Source: Macrostomum hystrix | Taxonomy: Eukaryota; Animalia; Platyhelminthes | Direction of reading: 5' to 3' | DNA: 64,000 bases | Assembly (NCBI GenBank): GCA_950097015.1 | Contig: CATNEN010000039.1 | Location: forward strand, 9,796,001-9,860,000 | In this document: one piece after another, positions 51,252 through 62,308 of the stretch | Layout: the number at the start of each line of letters is the position of its first letter | How positions within the stretch are numbered: position 1 is the stretch's first letter | Made by a program: the position numbers and the translations under genes | The notes under the pieces: model-generated | The model's database searches: none | The model's input: only the letters and a program-made list of their open reading frames with translations | Told to the model about the DNA's origin: nothing

Positions 51252-51656
51252 CCGGGCTTCGAGCAGACGCTGATCCTGAAGTGCGCAAGTCGCGCCGACT
51301 TGGCCGCCGGATTGCGCAGCAACCTCACCCACCTGTTGCGCTGCGGCGCTGTCATCAGGTCCGTAGACAATCTGGGCGAGCGTCGGCTGCCTCGCAACAT
51401 GCAGGCGTCGATTGGCGACCGGCCGCAGGTCGGGCACTACTTCCTGGTGCACTTTGAATCGCCGCCTGGTGTCAAGGATCGCATTAGGCCGCTGCAGCGC
51501 CTGGATCCGTTTGTCATTCGCGGTCACATTTGCGACAAGGAAGAGGCTAATTGGGTTCGGCCCTGCGCTAGCGGCCAGCAGTGCCTGTTCGGCGAGAAGA
51601 AGGAGCCCAACTATGAGCAGGTCTACGGTGTCAAGCGAGGCTATAGGCAGTATTAA
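51252..51656 (+). CDS. MRPS6: Mitochondrial ribosomal protein S6 (bS6m), lacking an adjacent genomic ATG
   Basis: PGFEQTLILK...GAVIRSVDNLGERRLP...GHYFLVHF matches bS6m (MPxYELxLILK, NLGERxLP, GxYFLVDF); begins right after TTGCAG. Confidence 0.85.
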   Translation, partial: PGFEQTLILKCASRADLAAGLRSNLTHLLRCGAVIRSVDNLGERRLPRNMQASIGDRPQVGHYFLVHFESPPGVKDRIRPLQRLDPFVIRGHICDKEEANWVRPCASGQQCLFGEKKEPNYEQVYGVKRGYRQY

Positions 51657-52250
51657 GTACTCCTGATTATGCCCTCGTCTATGCCCTACTAAAATTAGAA
51701 TAGTTTAGAGTAATTTCTAGCACTTTGCAAACTTCCATCTATTTGATGTCGTATGTAAATACAATATTTTGTTTAGTGAATTCAGCTTTTCTGCTTCCAA
51801 AAGTATCGTCTGTTGTTTGATTTTTTATTACTTATTGCTCCGATATTGTGTCACGGGGGCTATGGTTACAGGCATGTCATTTAGGCGATCGCCTGATAAA
51901 TAGGGTACAAGCGGCGTTTGACAACTAAAACGCTTCAAGGGCGATACAACATCTCTCTGCAATGCCGCTAGCGAGTCTAGAATGATTCTGAACGCCGCTG
52001 TAATGACTTAGGTGGTTGTTGTATTTACTCTCTACTTTAAGTAGTGACTAGGGGTCTACAGTCTACGAGTGACTATACGCTCGTATATTCAACCCATGGA
52101 TAAGTAAGCCGGTAGGCATCCACACAAGTATGTAAATGTTGCTTAATTTTCTCTGTGACAATATCAAAACAACTAACAGCTTTCAGTTTGTTCCGTGTGG
52201 TCATCACTATAACTGCATTAATCTAGCCGCTTCACTCAAGTAGTGTTGCT

Positions 52251-54824
52251 ATGGCAACAGCCGCGGCGCCCGAAGCGTGGCTCCGTCTGCTTAGCCAGCA
52301 CTGGCGAAGTGCGGGCGCCGGCTGCCGCTACTACAGCAAAGCCACCAGGCTGCACAAAATCGACTATCCGTGGAAGGACGAGCCCAAGCCTCACTGGGTT
52401 CGCCAGATCGAGACTAGGACTCTGGACTCGGATCTGACTCAGGAGAATAGTGACTGGCTTCGTCAGTGGCGACTGCAAAAGCTGCAGGATGAGATTGCCA
52501 GGAGCAGTGAAGCGGCTGCCAGTCCGTTGAAGGAGCCGCCGCCAGCTAGACCAGTGTGGACACCGCGTGTTAGCCAGCGCTGCGGGCTTGTCGGCATTAA
52601 ACTGGGTGTACTTCCGCTGTGGTATCGCAACGGTCAGAAGGTGCACACCACAGTCATTCAGGTCCCAGATCAGCGAGTTCTGCGCTGGGTTCCTCCCGAG
52701 GATTTAGGAAAGTGAGTCGGCTTGGATGGATCAGTGTGGATCATTGCTGCAGCCTGTTGATGGCTACAGAATAACTCAAACACGAATTTTATTTTTATTG
52801 TCAAATCGATCACTGGAAAATAGTTAGAAAGTCTGCTGCCTGAGGAAAATTACAAATCTTCTGCATACTATATTTCAAAGCTGCCTACATACTTGGGACA
52901 ACATGGATACCTATATTAACACTGGATCAACTCTCGGAAAAATGTTTGGATCAACATCCCGATAATTCCTTGGATTAACATTCCGATAGTTCCTTGGATC
53001 AGCATTCCGATAATTCCTTGGATCACCATTTCGATAGTTCCTTGGATTAGCATTTCGATAGTTCCTTGGATCAGCATTCTGATAATTCTTTAGATCAACA
53101 CTCAGATTATTCCTCAAATCTACGTTTCGATGATTCCTTAAACTAAAAGTCCGATAAATTCCTTGGTTAAAACTTTTGCTTATTCCTTGGACCAACATTT
53201 GGATAATTACTCATCACAATAATGTAATAAAATAGCAACATTTTAGTTTTTCATTTTTGTTGAACTTCCACGAATCGAAATCGACAATTATATTTCAAGA
53301 TTTTGGTAGCTCAAGTTATTACAATTTTTGCATCGAAACTCCACCTGGAATTTCATAACTGAGGTACGCTTCCCTGCGAGAGATGCGCTCCTATCAATTC
53401 AACAACAGCTTTTTGCCGCGCTGGCTAACACAGCAGCGCTGGGGCCTCCAGTTGGTTGGCGCTGTGCCGGCGGACCCGGCACACTTCACCGCCCAATGGT
53501 GCGGCATCTTCAAAGCCGCCGGCCTGCCGCCGATGCGAAAAATCTCTCGCTTTTTAGTTAGCCCCGACGCTGCCATGCAGCCAGGCGCCTGTCTGAGCAT
53601 GCATCATTTCCGCATCGGTGACTGCATCGACGTGGTTGCCCGCACCGTCAATCGGGGCTTTCAGGTGGGCTTTTTGGAGATCTTGATACTGCCTTCCATA
53701 GAGACAATTAACCAGGCTGTACTACTGACAAAACTTGCAAGTAGTAAAGAATGCGTATTTCACCTGATTTATTTGGTCAATTATTCCTAATTGCAGGGTG
53801 TAATGGAGCGCCACCTGATGGAGGGCGGCCCGGCCGCTCACGGTAGCACCAAATTTCACCGCAAAATGGGCAGCGCCGCTGGTGGCGGAGGGCCGATACA
53901 TCGAGGCAAACGAATGCCTGGCGTTATGGGCAACCGGTTTAGGGCGGTTCGCTCGCTGCCATTGCTGCGAATCAATACCCGGCATCGCCTGCTGTTTGTT
54001 AAAGGCTTCACGCCAGGCCCGCCGCACTCATATTGCCAGGTGAGGCTTTAGATTGTGACTCAAAGGTGGTGGATAAAATATGGCTTTAGCAAGTATACGA
54101 GTATTTAAGAAACCGCTTACATAGTTTTAGCAGGGACTGTAGCGATAAGGAAAATGCGAATGGGGGCTGCGGCGGCTTAGATGAAAGGAAACCCCCCTAA
54201 CAGGGGCTGCAGCGGCGATGATAAAAGGAAATCCCTAAACGGGCTGCGGCGGCGATGATAAAAGGAAATCCCTAAACGGGCTGCGGCGGCGATGATAAAA
54301 GGAAATCCCTAAACGGGCTGCGGCGGCCAAGATGAAACAAAGCTACATGTATCGTTGTACAACGATAAAATAGTATTTATTTTATCAGGGCTGTGACCAC
54401 TACCACATCACTTAGTTACACACTGATAGTCAGCCAGTGTCTTTGCTTTGGCCTTTAAGGGCGTAAATTACAAGAAAGGCCCCAAAGCCTTTTCTCCGCG
54501 GCTGCGCCAAAATTAAATGTGGCCTCGGTGCTGAATCAAGTTTGGTGCGAGAGGCAAACGCAGTAACGACTCCGCCACTCACTGCCCCCCAGCATACATC
54601 TATGCTCCAACAGAGCAACATTCTCAGCGCAAAGCTCAGTGTTCCTTGTTTCAAACCCGCAGCTCATGGACTCGTGGATGCTAGACGTTCGGCGCGCTCT
54701 GGATGCCAATCCGCCGCCGATGCCGACCTACTTGGCCGAGGATGCGCCGGAAGGTGGCTACGCGGATGACGTGTACCATCCGGACCTGTTGCCGTATGAC
54801 CAGCCGCTGGCAATGTCAGATTAA
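52251..54824 (+). CDS. MRPL3: Mitochondrial ribosomal protein L3 (uL3m); exons 52251-52711, ~53364-53664, 53797-54040, 54663-54824
   Basis: RCGLVGIKLGVLPLW, HFRIGDCIDVVART, RGFQ|GVMERH, PAAHGSTKFHRKMGS, GKRMPGVMGN, LLFVKGFTPG. Confidence 0.93.
52920..53200. repeat. Degenerate 24-bp intronic tandem array
   Basis: CCGATAATTCCTTGGATCAGCATT-like units. Confidence 0.8.
54163..54330. repeat. ~37-bp intronic tandem array
   Basis: GGGCTGCGGCGGCGATGATAAAAGGAAATCCCTAAAC, about 4 copies. Confidence 0.85.
54435..54589 (-). mobile_element. SINE family A, 5' portion
   Basis: GGGCGTAAATT..GGTGCGAGAGGCAAACGC..CCGCCACTCA matches the head. Confidence 0.75.
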
Positions 54825-55639
54825 CGCCTTGCCTTGGACTGGCTCGTGTTCCTTACGACTTTAAAAGTAAATCAATTACAAATAATGATAATGCTGATTA
54901 TAGTTCACAGCTTTTGCTGCTTCAGTTAGGCTATGAAATACAATTTCAAAAAACCTAGTGGCATTTTTTTAATTTGTCATCGCTTAGGGCAAACTTTGCC
55001 CCACCTGCAATCGATTGCTTGTGTTCATTTAGTTTTTTGATTTTGTCTCGAGAAGCTACTCTAAACTCTGCTGCAACTACTCAAATACTTCTCAAATCGT
55101 CACCAACGTTTCAGATCCACATCAGATCCTCACCCACTTATCACATGCTCACCGTCTTCTCAGATCCCCCATAGACTTTTTAAAAATCCCACTCAGGATC
55201 TTCACGATGTTCAACTACTTCTCAAATATTTACCATCTTCTGTTGTTATCGCGCATCATTCTCAGCCATCATTATCAGCCACATCACGTTCAATTCGTTT
55301 TTTATTATCCAGCGAAACAGTTTGTTGTTTAGAGCAGACATTTCATTTAAGTGTGGTACATTGCAGGTGCAATTTATTTATAATTTAAGCTTTTAATCTT
55401 CATTGCTTAATTTTGAATTCTAATTAACGTCTGCACTGCACACCTGCGCGATGAGACAATAGGCAAAGATTTATATTGCCAAGTCTGCATTGTAAGGCCG
55501 TATAGTATTTCGAGACTCTGTGTGAAAACTCCAATTATTTTTGCAGCACATTCTCTAGCTCCGATTTCAAACTCACTCCAACAGGGACTTATTCTCAATC
55601 GTACTCAAATCGGTTTCTGGACTAATTAATGATACGGTA

Positions 55640-55795
55640 CTGTTGACTGGGTGAGCAGATGTTGGTACCCTTTTAACAACTCTGTGAACTGCAGCAATGC
55701 GGAGTTAAATGTTTTGCTGATGTACTCGACTTGTTCCGGTGTCCTTCGGGAATCGAACCAACGACCTTCAAGTTGCGAGTCCGATGCCCCGACCC
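55640..55795 (-). mobile_element. SINE family B fragment
   Basis: GGGAATCGAACCAACGACCTT (B box, reverse), GCAGCAATGC, GGTACCC. Confidence 0.55.
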
Positions 55796-56256
55796 CAATT
55801 TCGTGCTAGAATCAATTAGTGTGTGACTATATGTAAACACATCTCTTTTAATTTGCATTTACCATTGTTGAATTATTGCACAAAGCTCTCAAACCAAAGC
55901 AGTTTTCCTACACAATGACCCGCGTCATTGGAGCATAGAGGTTTTCTCGCCTTGACCCGTTTTCAGTTTTAGTACGAGTATAGTCCCAGCCAGCGAAACG
56001 AAATGCCATTTTGTCGGCAAGCAATGACACAAGAAAGGCAATTTTCTGCTAGATGCTTGGCACAGTGCTTGCAGCAATAAAACTCTTTTTAGTTTACAAT
56101 CGCACCCAACACAATATCAATTTAAGATTCTTAACACACAGGCAGGCAGTTGTTCTGCGACCCTTAACAGAATATAAATAGCGGCTGCTTTTAATGCGCG
56201 TCTTTTAAAGACTTAAATTAGCAAAATTTTAATACAGCAGTTTGGGAGCCTCTGCT

Positions 56257-57803
56257 ATGCAGCAACGAGCGAGGCCCGCCACTGCTGGCAGGCGGCTGCT
56301 GTCGCGGCCTCGTACCGCGCAGAGCGGCGCCGCCGAAGCGCGCGCTCGCGAGCAGAACCTCAAGCTGCAGCTGACACTGGTGCGCCAGCTCAACCGGTCC
56401 GAGCGGGACCGCGCCACCTGGCGCCGCGAGACCGAGGTGCGCGAGCGGTTCCTGCTGCTGGAGATGGCCCGCATCATGGACTCGCCGCTCAGCCCCAGCG
56501 TGGACGACTGGTTCCGGCGTCGCCGGGTGACCCAGGTACTTTAGAGATTCCCAGGATGGAAATAAGAAACTACGTTTCTTAGAAAATGTTTAGAAGGCTG
56601 TTTTCAATAATAATAATTGCAGGAGGGCTGCGGGCAATGTCACGTCATTTAGTGACTCTTTATTCTGCCCATTTCGCTGAGTCCTGAGCACGCACGCACA
56701 CAGATACTGTACGCAGGCACGCGCTCACACAGGTGTGTACATCTGCCCTGACTTTCTCATCGACTTTAGGCCGGTTTTAGTCACTGCTTTTGATTGAAGG
56801 CGGGTTAAGGGCTGTATAGCTTTATCGATTTCTGTCAAGCTTTCTACATGAATACATCGATACTATACTCTTCCCCTTTTTTTCTTGCCCTCCAATTGCC
56901 TACAGATGTACTTTCCGTTCGGAAACTGGCTTTTCGTTTTCTTTATTTTCTGATCAGTGATCAAGTTAATCAATTCATATTTTCTAGTCTTATGACTGAC
57001 TTATTGCCATATGCTTAGACACGCGATATCAATATTGATCTTGTAAAAAAAGTAGGTTGAAGATCAACTTTTCCGGAATAAAGAGTTGTAAGCTTCGGTT
57101 ACGCAACATGTTGGGCCAGTTATATCAAATGACGAGTAAAAAACTCCTTTGTAGTTGTATTTTTCTGTGAAAACATGCCTCCTAAACTTTTTCTAAGAAA
57201 CGTAGTTTTCCGTCTTTCTACTCCTTGTGGTCCTTGGTACACACGCTGAGTGCGTTTGTTCTCAGAACAGCGGAAGGAATTAAATTCCAGTGCTGCCCCT
57301 ACTCTGAACATTGACACGTTATTTTCAATTGTCAAAATGCTCTGAAACCAACGCAGGTGAGCTTGCTGCCTGATCACTTCGATTCACGACTCTACCAATC
57401 AGCTGACAGGGAAGAGGCGCCATCGGCTGACAACAGAGGCGAGACGCCACCAGCCGACTCCGCGACCGAGGCCGTCAGAAAATCAAGCCTGGCCGCGACG
57501 CCGCTCACAGCGTCTGGCACGGCGTCGACTCTCTCGCCAGCCGAGCGGCAGCGAATTCTGGAAGCCAAACGGTCCGACTGGCTCGGCCTGACCTCCCTGC
57601 CGCTGCGGCAGCGCCGGCCGCAGACCGCTGCCGCTGGGGCTTCGGCGGCGCTGAACCCTGGCGAAGGCGCAGAGTCGCATGAGTCAACTAAAGAGGCTGC
57701 AGCTTCGACTGCAGACGGGCCGCATCGTTCGAGCTCAAGCTCATTCAAGCGGCAGTTGAGCAGGCCGCAGTCCGCAAGAACGATGATGCTGAAAATGTCT
57801 TGA
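56257..57803 (+). CDS. Hypothetical Arg/Ala/Ser-rich protein with RP(A/Q)TA/RPQSA motifs; exons 56257-56535, 57357-57803
   Basis: GC-rich coding-like ORFs joined by a phase-0 GT-AG intron; AATAAA after the stop; no family recognised. Confidence 0.65.
56606..56762 (-). mobile_element. SINE family A, 3' portion
   Basis: AATAATAATAATTGCAGGAGGGCTGCGGGCAATG...CTGCCCTGACTTTCTCATCG. Confidence 0.85.
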
Positions 57804-57949
57804 CTATCTCACATGGTGTCACAATATTTAATTTCTGCTCACAAAAAATAAAGCCTTTTTTGATGTGGCATTCGTGTACATGACATGCTACTGGATAACT
57901 TCAAAGCAGGCTTTTTTAGCTTTTAAAATCTTTTTTGTTAGCCTTGGAA

Positions 57950-58155
57950 GGGGCTGAGTGGCAGAGTGGTCTTACGCGTTTGCCTCTCGCACCAAGGTCC
58001 CTGAGTTCGATTCCGGCTGCGTGTCAAGTGTCACAAAATGAAGTGCTATTGCCTGCTTCATTTCCCCATCTGCAAAACGGTCACCAGCATCTGCTGGGTC
58101 AGACTCGGTGGGCGTGCTGTCGACCATGCACCCTAGTCCATGGACTGACTGACTG
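57950..58155 (+). mobile_element. SINE family A head joined to family B-like body
   Basis: GTGGCAGAGTGG...GAGTTCGATTCC, then CCAGCATCTGCTGGG...AGTCCATGGACTG. Confidence 0.55.
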
Positions 58156-58651
58156 TAAACTTCATCAATCTCGTATCTGTCCTTGGTTCAATTAAGGCTA
58201 CTACTACAAGTACCATATGTTACTACTTCTTAACTACTTGCTTTGAACGTCTAAATTGCTGATAAAAAGGCGCTAAAGTTTTTGATGAACGGACCTGGGG
58301 GAACGACAGTTTGACTTCGCGACAATCAGGACACATTCAGAAGATGGTTATTAATGTTTTTTTTATTCAATAATTGCCAGCAGATAATTAAGTAAACATT
58401 CGTATTTGTCCTATTTTATCGGTTCAAATAATGCACGTCAGTTTGTTTTGACCGCGGCTAACATTACCTTGGAACTTACAATTACACAATATTCATTAGT
58501 TAATTCATATATATGTATGCTTCATGTTTTTGGTCTTCCGAACTTTCGAAAAATGTCATTATGACGTCGGGATGTTAACTTAGGTTCTAGAACTGAGCCT
58601 GTGATCAATCCTCAAACCAAATCCGCTGAAATCTGCTGGTAGCATGTCGAT

Positions 58652-58987
58652 ACAATAATAATAATCATAACTGCAGGAGGGCTGTGGGCAATGGTACGTA
58701 CATCAATTGGTGACACTAGACCCGCAGCCAGCGATAAGGCCATTCCGCCCATTTCGCTGACTCCTGAGCACATACGCACACTGCAGATACTGTACGCAGG
58801 CACACTCTCACATAGTGTGTACATGATGTGTCTGACTGTCTAGACAGTGTACACATTCACTGTGCCTTGGAGGTTGGCCCTCAAGGGCGTAAATTGCACG
58901 ACAAGTAATTGTGGCCTCGCCGCGGAATCGAACTTAGGTACCGTGGTGCGAAAGGCAAAAGCGTTAACCGCTCTGCCACCGACCCCC
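58652..58987 (-). mobile_element. SINE family A, near full-length copy
   Basis: Reverse complement of the family A head, body and tail. Confidence 0.88.
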
Positions 58988-59142
58988 TGGTCTATACAAT
59001 GAGAAGGACTGGGTGAAATTTCTCGACGTTTCTAGTCGAATGGATTCACCAGCTTCTGATTTCAGTTGGTTTAGTTCGAGAATCGACCTTGGGCTCCATT
59101 GTAGAGCCTCAAGCTGACGTCCCCTTTGCGATCTATAGCTGT

Positions 59143-62100
59143 TCAAGGCAGCAGCATTTCAAACTCTTTAATGGAATAGAAATAGCCGAAAGGTCTACTC
59201 CAGTTGATGCCGATTGCGTAACCAACTTGGCTCGTATTGAGAGCTGTCGGTGAATTGAAGTACAACCCGTTTGGGTTCGCGCAGTGGCATGCACTGTACC
59301 ACCAGCCACCCTTGAACAGGACACTACAGGAACCGCTGTAGATGTCGTTGTCAGAGTCGTAAGTGCTGAAATTCATGCCATTACTCGATGACAAGCAGTC
59401 TCCTATTTCGGGGCTTCCGAAGAAGCCGGATATTCTGGCCTTGAAAAGGTTGGCCTCACTGTCCACCGCAAAGCTGGTGTAGTTCGCCCAGTAATCGGTC
59501 CCATTCCACAGCCGCATCCGAATGCTTAATGGCCGGCCGGCAGGCCAAGTCAGGTAGTGGATAGTTCTCAAACCAGAGATTTGATTGCGTAGATGTACTT
59601 TTATTCACTGAGCAATTCTTTAAAGGGCCGAGTGTGGCGAGGCCCTCCCAGCAGTGGCTAATCCAAAGTGTGCCTGAAGTCTTTCAGTTTCTTGCTTAGA
59701 CGCCTCTAGAGCTGCCTTTCACTTTGTTGTTTCGTATGGGAATATCGACAGCAGGTACCTCAAAATGGAACTCTTTCAACTTTAGAGTACCCAGCTATGG
59801 TTCTGTCAGAATCTCAGCCCAATATTGATTGATGTCGGGAAATATGGCCTGACATATCACTGTGTCCCCCTACATCACGGGTCGGCAAACTCCGGCCCGC
59901 GTGCCAGATGCGGCCCTCGAAGCTCCCAAATCCGGCCCGTTGCCCCTTCTGACATATGCAGTGTCCTGTTTCATCTATCTCGTGTCTAATCTCTCCCGTG
60001 TCTAATCTCTACCGTGTCTAATCTCTCCCCTGTCTTATCTCTCCCGTGTCTCATCTCTCTCATGTCCCATCTTTCCTGTGTCTCATCTCTCCCGTGTCTA
60101 ATCTCTCCCGTGTCTCATCTCTCCGGGCGTGTCTCATCTCTCCGGGCGTGTCTCATCTCTCCGGGCGTGTCTCATCTCTCCGGGCGTGTCTCATCTCTCC
60201 GGGCGTGTCTCATCTCTCCGGGCGTGTCTCATCTCTCCGGGCGTGTCTCATCTCTCCGGGCGTGTCTCATCTCTCCGGGCGTGTCTCATATTTATACAGT
60301 CAATGCGGCCCGTTGTCGTCATTTAGGTTCTCTCTTTGGCCCGCCAGCAAATAAGTTTGCCTACCCCTGTCCTACATCAACCATCGCGACTTTGATGTGT
60401 CTGAGGAATCTATAGAGTAACCATGATTAACGAGACTGCTCAGCCTAGAGGAAATTTTACATCTGAAGTGAGTCGCTAGTTAGTAACTTAGCTTAGTTAC
60501 TTTTGTAGCCTTGTTGTAATCTGCCTTTAAAATCTTCTTCTCCATTGACTAGGGATGCAATATTTCGTTCCCAGTCTTTGTCTCTTTTCAGGTCTTGCCT
60601 CCGCACTCTCTCACCCTGGTGGGGAGGGTGTCTTTTGCGCATGCCTGTGCGTGTGATTCCATTGTCTGTCTGTTAATTGTTAGGGATGCCTGATTTATGT
60701 GATTCATAGAGGACAAGGCCTGCTTATTGTACTTATGACTCCTGTCTATTTTAGTAAAAAGTCTGCCTGTCTTGGCTTTGTTTCTCCTATACGTATGCCT
60801 GACGTCAGTTTCTATTTTTAGTAACAGACCCCTTGTTAATCTGACGTCAGTTGCTACTTTAAAAAAAGCACGTGATGCGCCTGCTACCCTACCTTGTCTA
60901 CACTTCACATCTTACTTGCTTACTCACCCATCCAGTGGTTACCCTGGGGACCCTGGCCGAATCCCGTTGCGTACTGTGTCCAATTGCGATAGAAGTTAAC
61001 GGAATCGTCCACTCGCCGTTGAATGACCATGCAATCACTGATCGACGTCACGAACACCTGCAGGGTTGGAGGATCAGTGAGGAATCAGCTGGGATATTAC
61101 TGCAAAATCCAGAATCACACATTATTTGTGAAGAATTCATACAAACTGACCCTGGTGCAGCATGGCGAAGGCTCAGTGAGTATTGTCAGTTGTCGGCGTG
61201 AGGCCCCTGTTCGGCGGGCTGAAATTGAAAGTTTTTTCTGTAAAATATTGCCGCCGAGACATCAGCCGAATGAGAAGCTCGTGTGATTTTTTCTACAGCA
61301 TCGTGCTCTTTCGGTTCACAATTAACAGTAGGACAACTATAAGCTATTTTGCCGCCAGTTTTTATACCGGCTGAAAAAATGTTTGGCAGCGCCTAAATGC
61401 CTGGCGAGGGTGTCCTGTGGTTGAGCTGCGCCTAATATTTAGGCTTGATCAGTGAAATTGGAGCATTTCACGACAGGGTGTCCATAGTCGCCTAGTTCCA
61501 CCTGTTGTAGCCCTTGAAGGTCCAGCAGTCTGTCTCGATAAAGGTAGGTGACCCCGAAGACGGAGATGATGCAGGCACATTCGGGTGACATGCCGATAAA
61601 TTTTGAAGGCCTTGCTAGGTCGCGCTGAGTCGCGGTGCTAATTCGTGTATTGGGGTGTATGAAATACACTTGCGCAGTTGCGCTTATGGGAAAAATCAGA
61701 TCATCGGCAAGAACAATTGAATATCTCGACGGTCTGAAGGGCTGGAGACTTGAATCTAGTTTCGGAAGATGCGCAACAAAAAGTTGACCCGTGTTCTTGC
61801 GTTTCGTGTGCTTGCATTGCTCCGTTCAGGTGCAGCACAAAAAAATGTCAGTGGGCGGGGAATTCCCCCTTGTTAGTTCTCTAGCGCTAAAGCATGCACC
61901 AATGCATCATTACTGCATCTACTATATTTTAAAAGTTCGAAGTTTCCACGTTTTAGAGCCATGCTCCCTATCCCCTAGTGCACAGGTACCTCGCGAAGAT
62001 TCTATTTTAGTTTGCAAGGTTTCCGAGTCCTTTGCGGCTGCGAAATGAGTCGACTCACCGAGCAAGCACTGAGCGGCTGAGGTGCCTTGCCTGTCAACGA

Positions 62101-62308
62101 ACACCAGCAGCTGATCGGGGCGCAGGCTGGTGGCAGCCAGTGCCACGCACTGCAGCAGATCGCTTCCCTGCCTCATAAAGGAGATGTTCAACTGACGCTC
62201 ATAGCCACCGGACCAGCTGCTGGGTTGGACTTCATACAGCAATGCATCCGCTGCGGCTGAGTGTGCGATGCAAACAATTAGCAGCAGAAATTCAATTTGC
62301 CTCTGCAT
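59143..62308 (-). CDS. Secreted fibrinogen-related-domain protein (FReD); exons 62308-62059, 61218-61151, 61057-60928, ~59573-59143
   Basis: Signal peptide MQRQIEFLLLIVCIAHSAAA; VIQRRVDDSVNFYRNWTQYATGFG, HWMG|LRTIHYLT, GMNFSTYDSDND, GGWWYSACHCANPNGLY; last acceptor anomalous. Confidence 0.8.
59876..60369 (+). mobile_element. hAT (Buster/Charlie-like) MITE with internal minisatellite
   Basis: TIRs CACGGGTCGGCAAAC / GTTTGCCTACCCCTG; 8-bp TSD CCCTACAT/TCCTACAT (nnnTAnnn); subterminal GGCCCGC motifs. Confidence 0.85.
61370..61820 (-). repeat. Unclassified interspersed repeat, inverted copy of ~22200-22630
   Basis: Long shared blocks in reverse complement. Confidence 0.8.

Noticed and set aside
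61170-61240. In-frame TGA (selenocysteine or pseudogene) in FReD exon 2
   Set aside because: The ATTTCAG acceptor at 61219 gives an open, phase-compatible exon with no stop
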